A DNA stretch of 64,000 nucleotides from Nitrospinaceae bacterium (GCA_965223665.1 OZ245011.1:768001-832000), one strand, 5' to 3'. Counted from the stretch's first letter, positions 1-10,062 are shown. Notes: a model not told the origin generated them from the letters alone. Program-made: numbers and translations.

Positions 1-492
1 TTTTTTCAATTCTATTGTTTCAAGTTTGGATAAATTTGGGGAGTTTACTAAATGTTTTAAACCTTCATCTCCAATTTGATTTTCTGAAAGTACAAGACTT
101 GTAAGTCCTGACAAAGTTTTAGAATCTGCAATGAACTTTGCGCCTTGGGGAGAAATTTCATTCCATGCAAGCCTTAATGATTTTAATTGGGTAAGGGTTT
201 CCGAATCAGCAATACACTTAACTCCTTCATCCCCAATCTTATTTTTATAAAGTTTAATATATTGCAAATTAGCCAATGTTCTGGATTCAGCAATAGCTTT
301 GGCACTTTCAACGGTAAGTTTTTGCCCGGGAATTATTAATCTGCGAAGCTGCTTAACAGACCTGGATTTTGCTAAAGCCGCAACACCAGGATCACCAAGT
401 TTTGTGAAATTAAAATCCAGTGTTTCATAGTTACGACTGAGCTTAAATCCGTTTCGAATGATTCCTTCAATATTGTAAAACTTTTTGGTCAT
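1..492 (-). CDS. Leucine-rich repeat protein (RI-like LRR), truncated by the window edge
   Basis: Not in the ORF track. Manual translation from ATG at 492 is open to position 1: MTKKFYNIEG...LANLQYIKLYKNKIGDEGVKCIADS..LTQLKSLRLAWNEISPQGAKFIADS..LSGLTSLVLSENQIGDEGLKHL, with 28-residue LxxLxLxxNxIGDEG repeats. Confidence 0.85.
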   Translation of the reverse strand, partial: MTKKFYNIEGIIRNGFKLSRNYETLDFNFTKLGDPGVAALAKSRSVKQLRRLIIPGQKLTVESAKAIAESRTLANLQYIKLYKNKIGDEGVKCIADSETLTQLKSLRLAWNEISPQGAKFIADSKTLSGLTSLVLSENQIGDEGLKHLVNSPNLSKLETIELKK

Positions 493-552
493 CCCATTTT
501 ACCTTTTAGATGTTTGATGAATTAAAATTGTATGCAGACTATTTCCTATTCT

Positions 553-1314
553 TCACAATACTTTTGAAAAGAACAAATGCAAACAGGAGAAGTATCCATT
601 ATTTGGAGCCATCATAATGTCATTGTGCCCTACCCCCTCTAAAATTTGCAAAGCCTTTTCTTTCGATCCAGCTTTTTCATAATTCAATTTTGCCTCCATA
701 GGATAAATTAATACATCATCTTCACCATGCATAATTAATAAAGGGCATTTTACTTTCTGTATTTTTTGACTATTGTTAAATAGTGCATCTTCTTCCGGAG
801 TGGTTTTTTCAATTTTCAGTCCTCTTCTTTCTACTAAAGGGATAGGATCCGCATATCCACTTTCTATGACACAACAATTAATTTTAGGATAATTGGAACA
901 TAATTCTATGGCCGAAGCGCTACCCAAGGATCTACCCATAACGCAAATCATATCTAACATTTTTTCATGATCCACCAGGTGTTGATATATTTTATGAGCA
1001 TCCTTTAAAACATTCCTTAAAGTGGGAAACCCTGTACTAAGACCATATCCTCTATAATCACAAACAATCAGCTCTGCCCCCAAATGAGCAAAAATTGGAG
1101 CTAATTCATTATAATCTGAAACAATTTCCCCATTTCCGTGAAAATACAATAGAGTAAACTTGGACTCGGGATTTAGATATCTACGAATGTGCACTTTCAC
1201 TCCAGGTTCAACCTCGATTTGCATTTCATCTGAATTTGGAGGTACGGGTAGGCCATCACGACGTGGAAAAAAAAGATTCTGATTGAATTGTGGTGAATCA
1301 AAGATCGAGGCCAT
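553..1314 (-). CDS. Alpha/beta hydrolase (ABHD17/Bem46-like)
   Basis: YFHGNGE, DYRGYGLS, nucleophile elbow GRSLG, HGEDD and GHND triad motifs. Confidence 0.85.
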   Translation of the reverse strand: MASIFDSPQFNQNLFFPRRDGLPVPPNSDEMQIEVEPGVKVHIRRYLNPESKFTLLYFHGNGEIVSDYNELAPIFAHLGAELIVCDYRGYGLSTGFPTLRNVLKDAHKIYQHLVDHEKMLDMICVMGRSLGSASAIELCSNYPKINCCVIESGYADPIPLVERRGLKIEKTTPEEDALFNNSQKIQKVKCPLLIMHGEDDVLIYPMEAKLNYEKAGSKEKALQILEGVGHNDIMMAPNNGYFSCLHLFFSKVL

Positions 1315-1547
1315 TTTTATCCTTCCTGAGGAAATTTCACATTAATTAATCCTGAAAACAAGTTGAATTAATATAAGGGCATTATGATTTTATGTCCAAG
1401 TAATATATTGAATTTTTTAGAAAACCATGGCAGAATACCCGACTCTATTCTAGGTATTTCCTGCCCTTATTTAACCATTTCCCTAGGTATTTTTAATGGT
1501 TGTGAGGGAAATTATATAACATTTATTTGATATTAAAGGAGTGGTCA

Positions 1548-3806
1548 ATGTTATTGGATCCTGCACCTATCGAGAAGCATTTCCAATCAATGGGTGAAAT
1601 TTTAGACAAAGCTCGGAATCAATTAGGCCGAGGCTTAACAATTGTAGAAAAAATTCTATTTTCCCACATGGATCCCAATACAGATTTTTCAAAATTGGTA
1701 CGTGGGGATTCAAACATCTTTTTAAATGCGGACCGAGTGGCGATGCAAGACGCAACGGCTCAAATGGCAATTTTACAATTCATGTCCGCACAGATGCCAA
1801 AGGTAGCTGTTCCAACCACCGTTCACTGTGATCATTTAATACAAGCATATGTTGGTTCAGAGAAAGATCTTGCTGCTGGAATCGAAACCAATAAAGAGGT
1901 TTATGATTTTCTAGAATCAGCGGCTATGAAATATGGAATGGGGTTTTGGAAACCAGGTTCAGGAATAATTCATCAGGTAGTTTATGAAAATTATGCCTGT
2001 CCAGGAACTTTAATGATAGGAACTGATTCCCACACACCAAATGCAGGAGGAATGGGAACCATTGCTATTGGTGTCGGTGGGGCTGATGCTGTTGATGTTA
2101 TGACAGGGCAACCATTCATGACAAAAATGCCCAAATTAGTGGGTATCAAACTTACCGGTTCCCTTAATGGCTGGACCGCCTCTAAAGATATTATTTTAAA
2201 AGTAGCCACTATGCTAACGGCTAAGGGTGGAACTGGGAAAATAGTAAATTATTTTGGTGATGGTGCCAATTCCTTGAGTGCGACAGGAAAAGGCACGGTA
2301 ACTAATATGGGTGCTGAAATTGGGGCCACTACATCTATTTTTGAGTATGACGATAGTTTGGATGTATATTTACGAAAGACAGAAAGAGACGCCATTGCTG
2401 ACTTATGTAAAAAATATAGCGAACATCTGGTTTCTGATCCTGAAGTGGGTGCTGATCCTCAAAAATACTATGATGAAGTCTATGAAATTGATCTCAATAC
2501 ACTTGAGCCACATATTGTTGGTCCACATAGTCCAGATCTAGGACGGACTTTATCTCAGATGTCTGCAGATGTGGATGCAAATGGTTATCCCGAGAAATTG
2601 TCTGCAGCACTCATAGGTTCTTGTACCAATTCAAGTTACGAAGATTTAACTCGTGCCGTAAGTTTAGTAAGGCAAGCAAAAAAGGCAGGTTTGAAAGTTA
2701 AATCTAATTTCTTGGTCACCCCAGGGTCTGAAAGAATTTTTCAAACCATCACCAGAGACGGAATTTTACAAGAATTCCAGGATGTAGGTGGTACAGTTTT
2801 AGCCAACGCTTGTGGCCCTTGTATCGGACAATGGAAACGGGATGATATTCAAAAAGGTGATAAAAACAGCATTATAAGTTCTTACAATCGTAACTTTGCT
2901 AAAAGAAATGATGGCAACCCAGAAACGTTGAGTTTCATCAGTAGTCCTGAGGTGGTCGTTGGAATGGCTTTTGGTGGAAGTATGAAGTTTAATCCTATGA
3001 CAGATAGTTTAAAGGATGCTAGCGGTAACGACTTCAAATTTGAGCCACCAGCGGGAGATATATTTCCTGATTCTGGTTATGCCACAAAAGATAGTGGTTA
3101 CTTGGCTCCAACAATGTCGGGAGAAGTTGTTATTAATCCTAGTAGCGAACGGTTGGCTTTCTTGGATCCATTTCCTAAGCAAAATATTTCTACGGATTAT
3201 CAGGATCTTAAATTATTGTTTAAGGCTGCCGGCAAATGTACGACTGATCACATTTCTCAAGCGGGTCCATGGTTAAAATTTAGAGGTCATCTTGATAATA
3301 TTAGTAACAATATGTTTCTTGGAGCCACAAATTCTTTTCATGATGAAACGGGAAAAGGCAATAACCTTCTGACTGGTGAATCAGATGAATTGAATAAAAT
3401 TGCCCGTCACTACAAAGATAATAATGTGGGTTGGGTTGTTGTGGCTGATGAGAATATTGGGGAAGGTTCTAGTCGGGAACACGCTGCTATGGAACCTCGT
3501 CATATGGGTGGTCGTGCATTTGTTGCAAAATCTTATGCTCGAATTTTTGAAGCAAATCTTAAAAAACAGGGAATTCTTCCTTTTACTTTTTCTAACAAAG
3601 ATGACTACGAAAAAGTTCAACAAAAAGATTCCATTACCTTTGAAAATATTGAGCAAATAAAGCCCGGTCAGCCTGTTACTATGACCTTAAAACATGAGGA
3701 CGGATCATCTGATCAAATTCAGCTTAACCACACACTTAATGAAAAAGAATTACAGTGGTTTTTTGCTGGTTCCGCTTTGAATTTTGTAGGTAGTCAAAAA
3801 AGCTAG
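1548..3806 (+). CDS. acnA: Aconitate hydratase (mitochondrial-like subfamily)
   Basis: DRVAMQDATAQMA, HCDH, TDSHT, Fe-S ligands GSCTNS and ACGPCIG, KCTTDHIS, GSSREHAA. Start moved to ATG 1548, which follows the AAGGAG RBS. Confidence 0.95.
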   Translation: MLLDPAPIEKHFQSMGEILDKARNQLGRGLTIVEKILFSHMDPNTDFSKLVRGDSNIFLNADRVAMQDATAQMAILQFMSAQMPKVAVPTTVHCDHLIQAYVGSEKDLAAGIETNKEVYDFLESAAMKYGMGFWKPGSGIIHQVVYENYACPGTLMIGTDSHTPNAGGMGTIAIGVGGADAVDVMTGQPFMTKMPKLVGIKLTGSLNGWTASKDIILKVATMLTAKGGTGKIVNYFGDGANSLSATGKGTVTNMGAEIGATTSIFEYDDSLDVYLRKTERDAIADLCKKYSEHLVSDPEVGADPQKYYDEVYEIDLNTLEPHIVGPHSPDLGRTLSQMSADVDANGYPEKLSAALIGSCTNSSYEDLTRAVSLVRQAKKAGLKVKSNFLVTPGSERIFQTITRDGILQEFQDVGGTVLANACGPCIGQWKRDDIQKGDKNSIISSYNRNFAKRNDGNPETLSFISSPEVVVGMAFGGSMKFNPMTDSLKDASGNDFKFEPPAGDIFPDSGYATKDSGYLAPTMSGEVVINPSSERLAFLDPFPKQNISTDYQDLKLLFKAAGKCTTDHISQAGPWLKFRGHLDNISNNMFLGATNSFHDETGKGNNLLTGESDELNKIARHYKDNNVGWVVVADENIGEGSSREHAAMEPRHMGGRAFVAKSYARIFEANLKKQGILPFTFSNKDDYEKVQQKDSITFENIEQIKPGQPVTMTLKHEDGSSDQIQLNHTLNEKELQWFFAGSALNFVGSQKS

Positions 3807-3833
3807 AATTTATCTTTGTATTAATAAAACATT

Positions 3834-3868
3834 CAACCCGGATTTTTTTAAATCCGGGTTGTTTTTTT
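3834..3868 (+). terminator. Rho-independent terminator after aconitase
   Basis: CAACCCGGATTT/AAATCCGGGTTG stem followed by a T7 tract, between convergent genes. Confidence 0.85.
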
Positions 3869-4055
3869 ATTCCCCTTCCCAAAGACTTCTAAATTTCAGC
3901 TCCTCTTCTAGAAAAGATAATTTTTGTTGAATGGTTTGACATTTCGGGCTTGATTCTCCCTCCTGTCCTTTTCTTGCCTCTAGAAGCTTAAACGTCTCTT
4001 CGTAAAGAGCGAGCAATTCTTCATCATCCAAATTTTCAACATTCAGATTGCTCAT
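3867..4055 (-). CDS. Small helical hypothetical protein (62 aa)
   Basis: ORF with GGGAG about 10 nt upstream; helix-hairpin-like heptad pattern; ends at the shared terminator. Confidence 0.6.
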   Translation of the reverse strand: MSNLNVENLDDEELLALYEETFKLLEARKGQEGESSPKCQTIQQKLSFLEEELKFRSLWEGE

Positions 4056-4128
4056 AAAAAAGAACTCCCAAAAAGAAAACTATCCAATGGCAATAGGTAT
4101 AATTCTAACCCTAATGCCTATTTACAAT

Positions 4129-4308
4129 TTATAGATTGGAAGCACAAATCCAACCTTTTTTCTTTCCATTTCTCCAAGAAACCTTATACCAGTTTCCCTT
4201 TGATTGTAAAACCCTAACTTTAGTACCTCGATTTAATCGATTACAAATCTCCCCATTTATTTTTAAATGAATTTGAAAGGATTTTTCCAAAATTAATCGG
4301 TCTTCCAT
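4129..4308 (-). CDS. Stand-alone bacterial SH3-like domain protein (59 aa)
   Basis: Manual translation: MEDRLILEKSFQIHLKINGEICNRLNRGTKVRVLQSKGNWYKVSWRNGKKKGWICASNL. The LxxGxxVxVL..GxWYKV....GW[IV] pattern is typical of SH3b. Starts 12 nt after the M48 peptidase stop. Confidence 0.7.
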   Translation of the reverse strand: MEDRLILEKSFQIHLKINGEICNRLNRGTKVRVLQSKGNWYKVSWRNGKKKGWICASNL

Positions 4309-4320
4309 TGGTTTAAATAA

Positions 4321-5400
4321 TTATTTGATTTTTTCAGGCTTTAATTTTAAAGTCTTATTCTTTTCATAATTTCCCAAGCGAACGATTTTAAGTAATTGCC
4401 CGGGGGTTAATGAGTTCCGAACTTTCATCCCATTTAAAACTGCTATTTCTAAATCCTTTGTTTCATCGTTTAATTCCTGAATAGCTACGCTTGTAAATGT
4501 ATCACCAGGTTTAACTTCATAAATATCAATAAACTTTTCCTTATATTGTTTGCGGTCGCCCTTATGTCTTTTACCTCCAAATGTCATTCCTCTAATGCTT
4601 TTAATATAGTTAGAACGATTCTCCAACAATTTGCCATGCTCTCTATTGTTGACCGTTTGAGCCAACGTTCCTGATTTAACAATTCTATCTTTGGTATCCG
4701 GATGAGTGGCTTGAAAACTATGATAGGCCTGACCACTCATAATTTCATGTTGTCTCAGATTTCCTAAAAAAGCCACAATCCCTTTTGGGTCATATCCACT
4801 TTCATAAGCGGTTAAAATCCCATGAGCATCGGATTCTAGCTCAGCGTCTCTCCCATAACCCATATTAATGGTGTTAAACAGTTGAGTACTCACCAAAAGC
4901 CAATCTCCAGCATTTTTGGGACTGGCAATAGCCCCACCCAAAGCAAGAATTTGAGCTCCTATAGAACGTACGATATGTTTTGCGGCATGATGAAGTGTCA
5001 CATGTCCAATTTCATGGCCTAAAACTCCAGCCAATTCTGCTTCACTATTTAGGGTAGCCAACAAACCCCGGGTCACATAAATATAACCTCCTGGCAGCGC
5101 AAAAGCATTAATATCGGAACTGTCTACTACCTTAAAAAAATAATTATTAAATTCTTTATTGGATAAATTAGATATTAATTTTTGTCCAATTCGATTTACA
5201 TAAAGTTGAAGAGGTTTATTTTGATAAAGTCCAAACTGTTGAATCACTTCTTTATCTCCACCTCTTCCCATAGAAAGTTCTGTTTCTTTATCAAAAAAAG
5301 GAACACTGAAAGCAACGGAAACTGAAAATATGAAAAAATAGGAGGGTATAGCCAGGATAATTAAAAAACCATTAAAATTCTTAGTTTTAAGAAAGCACAT
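4321..5400 (-). CDS. M48 family zinc metalloprotease (BepA/YfgC-like) with C-terminal LysM-like domain
   Basis: INAFALPGG, HEIGH (HExxH), ELESD, THP. C-terminal YEVKPGDTF...LNG...LTPGQLLKI is LysM-like. Hydrophobic N-terminal signal. Confidence 0.85.
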   Translation of the reverse strand: MCFLKTKNFNGFLIILAIPSYFFIFSVSVAFSVPFFDKETELSMGRGGDKEVIQQFGLYQNKPLQLYVNRIGQKLISNLSNKEFNNYFFKVVDSSDINAFALPGGYIYVTRGLLATLNSEAELAGVLGHEIGHVTLHHAAKHIVRSIGAQILALGGAIASPKNAGDWLLVSTQLFNTINMGYGRDAELESDAHGILTAYESGYDPKGIVAFLGNLRQHEIMSGQAYHSFQATHPDTKDRIVKSGTLAQTVNNREHGKLLENRSNYIKSIRGMTFGGKRHKGDRKQYKEKFIDIYEVKPGDTFTSVAIQELNDETKDLEIAVLNGMKVRNSLTPGQLLKIVRLGNYEKNKTLKLKPEKIK

Positions 5401-5412
5401 AAAAAGAGACCT

Positions 5413-6099
5413 TCATCCAATAGACCCCTCTAAGCGTTTTAAAAGTGTATCTACCTTTTCAAGGCCTACGTGGTCGGTATATTTATTTTTCATTTCGCGA
5501 AGAATTAAAACAGAATTTTTAGAATCTCCGGCCAACTCATAACATCGAGCCAAGCCAAGATAAACATAAAATAACGGAAACTTTGAGGGTTTGTCTATTA
5601 AGCCTTTAAAAACTCCAATTGCTTCTTTATACTTTTTTTGACCTTCCAATGCGTGGCCTTTTCCATTCTGAGCTAAAAAATAATCTAATTTATTCGCTGA
5701 GGTATTGCTTAGAATGTCAGAATACATTGAAATCGCTTCATCGTATTTTTTATTTTGATAATAGACATCCGCTAAAATTAGGGCAGCTCTTTGTCTTTGA
5801 TCTCCCTTATCAAACTCATTAAATTTTTCTTTTAATTTTTGAATCAGTTCGTCCGGTTGGCCTTTGCTTTTTTCACGAAGCTGATCCATTTCATAAAAAA
5901 GAGATTCCATACGCAAATTATTGGATTTTTGTTTTTCTAAAAAATACCAGGCTCCTGCCAGAGCAATTAAAATTAAAAAACAGATAGTTGCTATAATATT
6001 TTTATTTCTGTTTACAAGTTCTATAACTTTTGCACTAAGGACTTGAAACTGATCAGGTTCTTTAAGTTCTTTTCTATCTAATTTTGGGGTGGTAGTCAT
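5413..6099 (-). CDS. Membrane-anchored TPR protein (YfgM-like)
   Basis: RKELKEPDQF N-terminus, one TM helix, several TPR-like helical repeats. Confidence 0.75.
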   Translation of the reverse strand: MTTTPKLDRKELKEPDQFQVLSAKVIELVNRNKNIIATICFLILIALAGAWYFLEKQKSNNLRMESLFYEMDQLREKSKGQPDELIQKLKEKFNEFDKGDQRQRAALILADVYYQNKKYDEAISMYSDILSNTSANKLDYFLAQNGKGHALEGQKKYKEAIGVFKGLIDKPSKFPLFYVYLGLARCYELAGDSKNSVLILREMKNKYTDHVGLEKVDTLLKRLEGSIG

Positions 6100-6276
6100 T
6101 TAATTTAATGGTATAAAGTTTTAGAAAAAATGAAGTGAATTAATTAATTTAATCATAAAGATATATTTGGTACAAGCTCAATTTAATTTTTAAATTTCGC
6201 GGATACATTATAGTTTATACTAGGGTATTTGCAGCCAAAATTAACTGCTCATTTATTTATTTTCAAGTTATTTCGT

Positions 6277-7302
6277 ATGAATTCAAAAAGAAAAATTGGA
6301 ATTATTGGTGCTGGTAGCTGGGGAACTGCCCTGTCGTTGGTACTGGCAAATAATGGGTATGAAATGGATCTTTGGATTTATGAAAAAGACCTTTTTGAAA
6401 TTATTAAAAACAAAAGAGAAAACCAATTTTTCTTGCCAGGATTTAAAATTCCCGAGTCAATCAATCCTGTTAATTCAATAAAGGAAGCAACAATTGATAA
6501 AGAAATACTGCTTATTGTGGTGCCAACCTCCGTAATACGTTCAGTTTTAGAACAATTAAATTCTTTTCTAAATCCAAATTGTTTAATTATTAATGCTGGG
6601 AAGGGAATTGAAAATAATTCATTGCTCACAATTCATCAAATAATAAAAGAATTTACTCAGTCTAGGCATTCCATTGCAACTCTTTCGGGCCCTACTTTTG
6701 CTGTTGAAATCGCAAAACAAGTTCCATCAGCAATTGTTGCATCCTCACAAAATAATAATACTGCAATTAAGGTCCAGAATTTATTCTCAAATTCAAATTT
6801 TAAAGTATTTACATCTACCGATTTAATTGGTGTGGAATTGGGAGGTGCATTAAAAAATGTAATTGCGATTGCAACGGGTATATCGGATGGTCTTAATTTA
6901 GGATTTAATACAAGGGCGGCCCTAATTACTAGAGGATTAGTGGAAATCACTCGAATAGGAACGGCATTAGGTGCTAAACCAGAAACCTTCTCAGGCCTGT
7001 CGGGAATGGGGGATTTAGTTTTAACATGCACAGGAGATTTAAGTCGAAATCGAAGGGTCGGATTGAAGTTAGCCGAGGGATTTAAAACTGATGAAATTGT
7101 TAAAAATATGAAAATGGTTGCCGAAGGTGTCAAAACTGCAATTTCCGCTTTTGCTTTAAAAGAAAAATTAGGGATTCAAGCCTCTATCATTGAAGAAACC
7201 TATAGAGTGATCCATGAAAACAAATCTCCTTTAAAGGCTTTACAGGATATAATGAATGTTCCAATCACAACAGAGTTTTCAGGAGTTAAGGGGCTAGAAT
7301 GA
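6277..7302 (+). CDS. gpsA: NAD(P)H-dependent glycerol-3-phosphate dehydrogenase
   Basis: GAGSWGTAL, KGIE, SGPTFA, GGALKNVIAIA, GDLVLTC, SRNRRVG. ATG 6277 is the likely start. Confidence 0.95.
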   Translation: MNSKRKIGIIGAGSWGTALSLVLANNGYEMDLWIYEKDLFEIIKNKRENQFFLPGFKIPESINPVNSIKEATIDKEILLIVVPTSVIRSVLEQLNSFLNPNCLIINAGKGIENNSLLTIHQIIKEFTQSRHSIATLSGPTFAVEIAKQVPSAIVASSQNNNTAIKVQNLFSNSNFKVFTSTDLIGVELGGALKNVIAIATGISDGLNLGFNTRAALITRGLVEITRIGTALGAKPETFSGLSGMGDLVLTCTGDLSRNRRVGLKLAEGFKTDEIVKNMKMVAEGVKTAISAFALKEKLGIQASIIEETYRVIHENKSPLKALQDIMNVPITTEFSGVKGLE

Positions 7303-8057
7303 ACCAACTGAGGTTAAAGAAATTATTATCTATGCTCCATCAACAAAAAATCACTCCCGAATCAGCTTACGAATCACTTCAAAATCTTCCTTTTGAAGAT
7401 ATTAATTTCGCCCACCTGGATCATCATAGATCTATTAGAAGTGGAATGCCGGAAGTTATTTATTGTGAAGGAAAAACCCCGGATCAACTAGTTTCCATTA
7501 TTAAAAGCTTTCATAAAACAAAAGAAAATATATTAGCAACCAGATTATCCGACCCAATTTATAAAACAATTAAAGGTCGTATTCCCAAAAAAGCTAAATA
7601 CGATTCTTTAGCTAAAACTTTGATAATTGAAAACAAGAAAATTACGAAAAAATTAGATGGAATTTTGATACTTACTGCTGGAACCTCAGATATTCCAGTG
7701 GCATTAGAAGCTTCTGTCACAGCCGAACTCTTAGGTAATAAAGTTGAAACGATATTTGATGTCGGAGTTGCAGGAATCCATAGGCTACTCGACAAACTGG
7801 ATTCCCTCAAAAAGGCAAAAGTTATAATTGTAGTTGCTGGTATGGATGGCGCTTTACTTAGCGTTGTGGGTGGATTAGTCGATAAACCAGTAATTGGAGT
7901 TCCAACAAGTATTGGTTACGGTGCGTCCTTTGAAGGATTGGCCCCATTATTAACAATGTTAAATAGCTGCTCCACTGGAGTAGGCATAGTTAATATAGAC
8001 AATGGATTTGGTGCCGCTTGTTTAGCGCACAAAATTAATTTATTGAGTGCTCCTTAA
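7299..8057 (+). CDS. larB: Nickel-pincer cofactor biosynthesis protein LarB (PurE-like carboxylase)
   Basis: DHHR..R.G.PEVIYCEGKT, AGTSDIPVA, DVGVAGIHRL, VPTSIGYG, MLNSC, VNIDNGFGA. ATGA overlap with gpsA. Confidence 0.92.
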   Translation: MNQLRLKKLLSMLHQQKITPESAYESLQNLPFEDINFAHLDHHRSIRSGMPEVIYCEGKTPDQLVSIIKSFHKTKENILATRLSDPIYKTIKGRIPKKAKYDSLAKTLIIENKKITKKLDGILILTAGTSDIPVALEASVTAELLGNKVETIFDVGVAGIHRLLDKLDSLKKAKVIIVVAGMDGALLSVVGGLVDKPVIGVPTSIGYGASFEGLAPLLTMLNSCSTGVGIVNIDNGFGAACLAHKINLLSAP

Positions 8058-9033
8058 AATATTTCACCACCCTTTTCATTCCTTCTTCATTAGAAACTAA
8101 GGGTTTATAGCTAAAGTCCTTTTTCGCTTTGTTTATATTAAAATAATGGGAATGAGCCAATTGACTTGCCAAAAATCGGGTCATTCTAGGTTCAGACTGT
8201 ATTCGAAAGATCCCATAAAACTTTTCTAATAGCCAACCCAGGTTATAGCCCAGTTTGAACGAAATCTTTTTTTGAACTGGAGGAAGGCCTAAATATTTTA
8301 ATAAAATTTTTATCCACTCCCACAAATTTACTGGCTTGCCGTCAGATATAAAATAACTCTCTCCAGCTATTTGGGATTTAGAATTTAAAGCATTAAACGC
8401 TTGAATATGTCCCTCAACTGCATTATCAATATAAATAATATCGACCAAATTCTTGCCCTCACCCACTTGGATAAGTTTGTTTTTTTTCGCCCGGTCAATA
8501 ATTCTAGGAATTAAATGCGGATCTTCGGGTCCCCAGATCAAATGAGGTCTTAAAGCAACCGTAACTAAATCGTTTTTTCCATTTGCATTTAATACCAACT
8601 GTTCTGCAATGGCTTTGGTTTTTGGATATTCACATAAAAATCTTTTTGCATAAGGAACCGTTTCATCTGCGTTAATCAAATCCTTTTGGTTAAAAACTAC
8701 GCTGGGCGAACTAGTATAAACCAATTTGCTGACCTTGTTTTGTAAACAAGCCTCTAAAATATTCTCCGTTCCTTTTACATTCGTTTCATAAAACTCATTG
8801 TTCGTTCCCCAAATTCCAGTCAAAGCACCTGAATGAAAAACAGCATCTATATTTTGGCAGGAATCCATTATTTCTTTTTTATTTCGTAAATCAGCTTGAA
8901 TACAATTTATATTTTCAGTAAAAAAAGGATATTTTTGACGACCCAAAATAGTTACTTCATGACCTAATTGATCTAATCGCATGGCGATATGTTTACCTAG
9001 AAAACCACCGCCACCAGTCACCAAAATTTTCAT
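8035..9033 (-). CDS. 3-beta-HSD-like extended SDR (OleD-like NAD-dependent reductase)
   Basis: TGGGGFLG, YTSSPSVVF, YxxxK (YPKTK), LRPHLIWGP. Confidence 0.8.
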   Translation of the reverse strand: MKILVTGGGGFLGKHIAMRLDQLGHEVTILGRQKYPFFTENINCIQADLRNKKEIMDSCQNIDAVFHSGALTGIWGTNNEFYETNVKGTENILEACLQNKVSKLVYTSSPSVVFNQKDLINADETVPYAKRFLCEYPKTKAIAEQLVLNANGKNDLVTVALRPHLIWGPEDPHLIPRIIDRAKKNKLIQVGEGKNLVDIIYIDNAVEGHIQAFNALNSKSQIAGESYFISDGKPVNLWEWIKILLKYLGLPPVQKKISFKLGYNLGWLLEKFYGIFRIQSEPRMTRFLASQLAHSHYFNINKAKKDFSYKPLVSNEEGMKRVVKYFKEHSIN

Positions 9034-9042
9034 ATTGAATTT

Positions 9043-10050
9043 TTAAAGAGGTAAATTGGCTAGAGCATCCAAATCTAATAAGCAATTGGCTGAATTTCCA
9101 TGAGTTTTATATAGATGGTATCCAGTACATGCAATCATTGCAGCATTATCAGTGCAGTGAATGGGTTTAGGAAAATAGCATTTAATATTTCTTTTCTCGG
9201 AAACAGATTTTAACCTTTTTCTCAAATAACCATTAGCAGCTACGCCTCCTGTTAAAACTATTCTATTTAATCCTTCCAATTCACACGCATCCATAGCTTT
9301 TGATATTAAAACATCCACTATTGCTTCTTGAAAGCTAGCAGAAATATTATTAATATCTATTGATTTAATATCTTTATTTGATTTTTCAATTAATCTTCTT
9401 ACAGAAGATTTTAATCCGCTAAAGCTAAAGTCTAAAGTACCGTTCCCTAATAATGCTCTTGGAAAATTGTAGGCAGATGGATTTCCTTGATAAGCCATTT
9501 TTTCTATTATTGGGCCACCAGGATAACCAAGTCCTAACATTTTAGCGACTTTATCAAATGACTCACCCGCCGCATCATCTCTTGTCCTCCCTAAAATTGT
9601 GTATTTTCCAAAATTTTCAACGCGACAAAGGTCTGTATGACCTCCAGAAACTATTAACGCTAAATATGGGAAAGGGACTTCCTGCTCCAAAAATATAGCG
9701 CAAATATGACCTTCCAAGTGGTTAATTGCCATAAGTGGAATTTTAGAAGCATATGCCAATGCTTTAGCAGTATTTAGTCCTACAAGTAAAGACCCAACTA
9801 ATCCCGGGCCCTGCGTAACAGAAATCAAATCAATTTCTGAAAACGATACCTTTGCTTTATTTAAGGCTTCTTCAATAATTCCATTTATTCTTTCAATATG
9901 AGACCTTCCAGCAAGTTCTGGAACTATTCCACCATAAAGAGAATGAATTTCGTTTTGTGATGCAATTACGTTTGAACGTAATTCCTTTCCATTTTCTAGA
10001 ATAGCAGCAGCGGTTTCATCACAGGAGGTTTCAATTCCTAAAACAATCAT
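9043..10050 (-). CDS. tsaD: tRNA t6A threonylcarbamoyltransferase
   Basis: GIETSCDET, GGIVPELA, NHLEGH, SGGHT, DDAAGE.FDK, FSFSGLK, TDNAAMI. Confidence 0.96.
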   Translation of the reverse strand: MIVLGIETSCDETAAAILENGKELRSNVIASQNEIHSLYGGIVPELAGRSHIERINGIIEEALNKAKVSFSEIDLISVTQGPGLVGSLLVGLNTAKALAYASKIPLMAINHLEGHICAIFLEQEVPFPYLALIVSGGHTDLCRVENFGKYTILGRTRDDAAGESFDKVAKMLGLGYPGGPIIEKMAYQGNPSAYNFPRALLGNGTLDFSFSGLKSSVRRLIEKSNKDIKSIDINNISASFQEAIVDVLISKAMDACELEGLNRIVLTGGVAANGYLRKRLKSVSEKRNIKCYFPKPIHCTDNAAMIACTGYHLYKTHGNSANCLLDLDALANLPL

Positions 10051-10062
10051 TATTCAATATCC

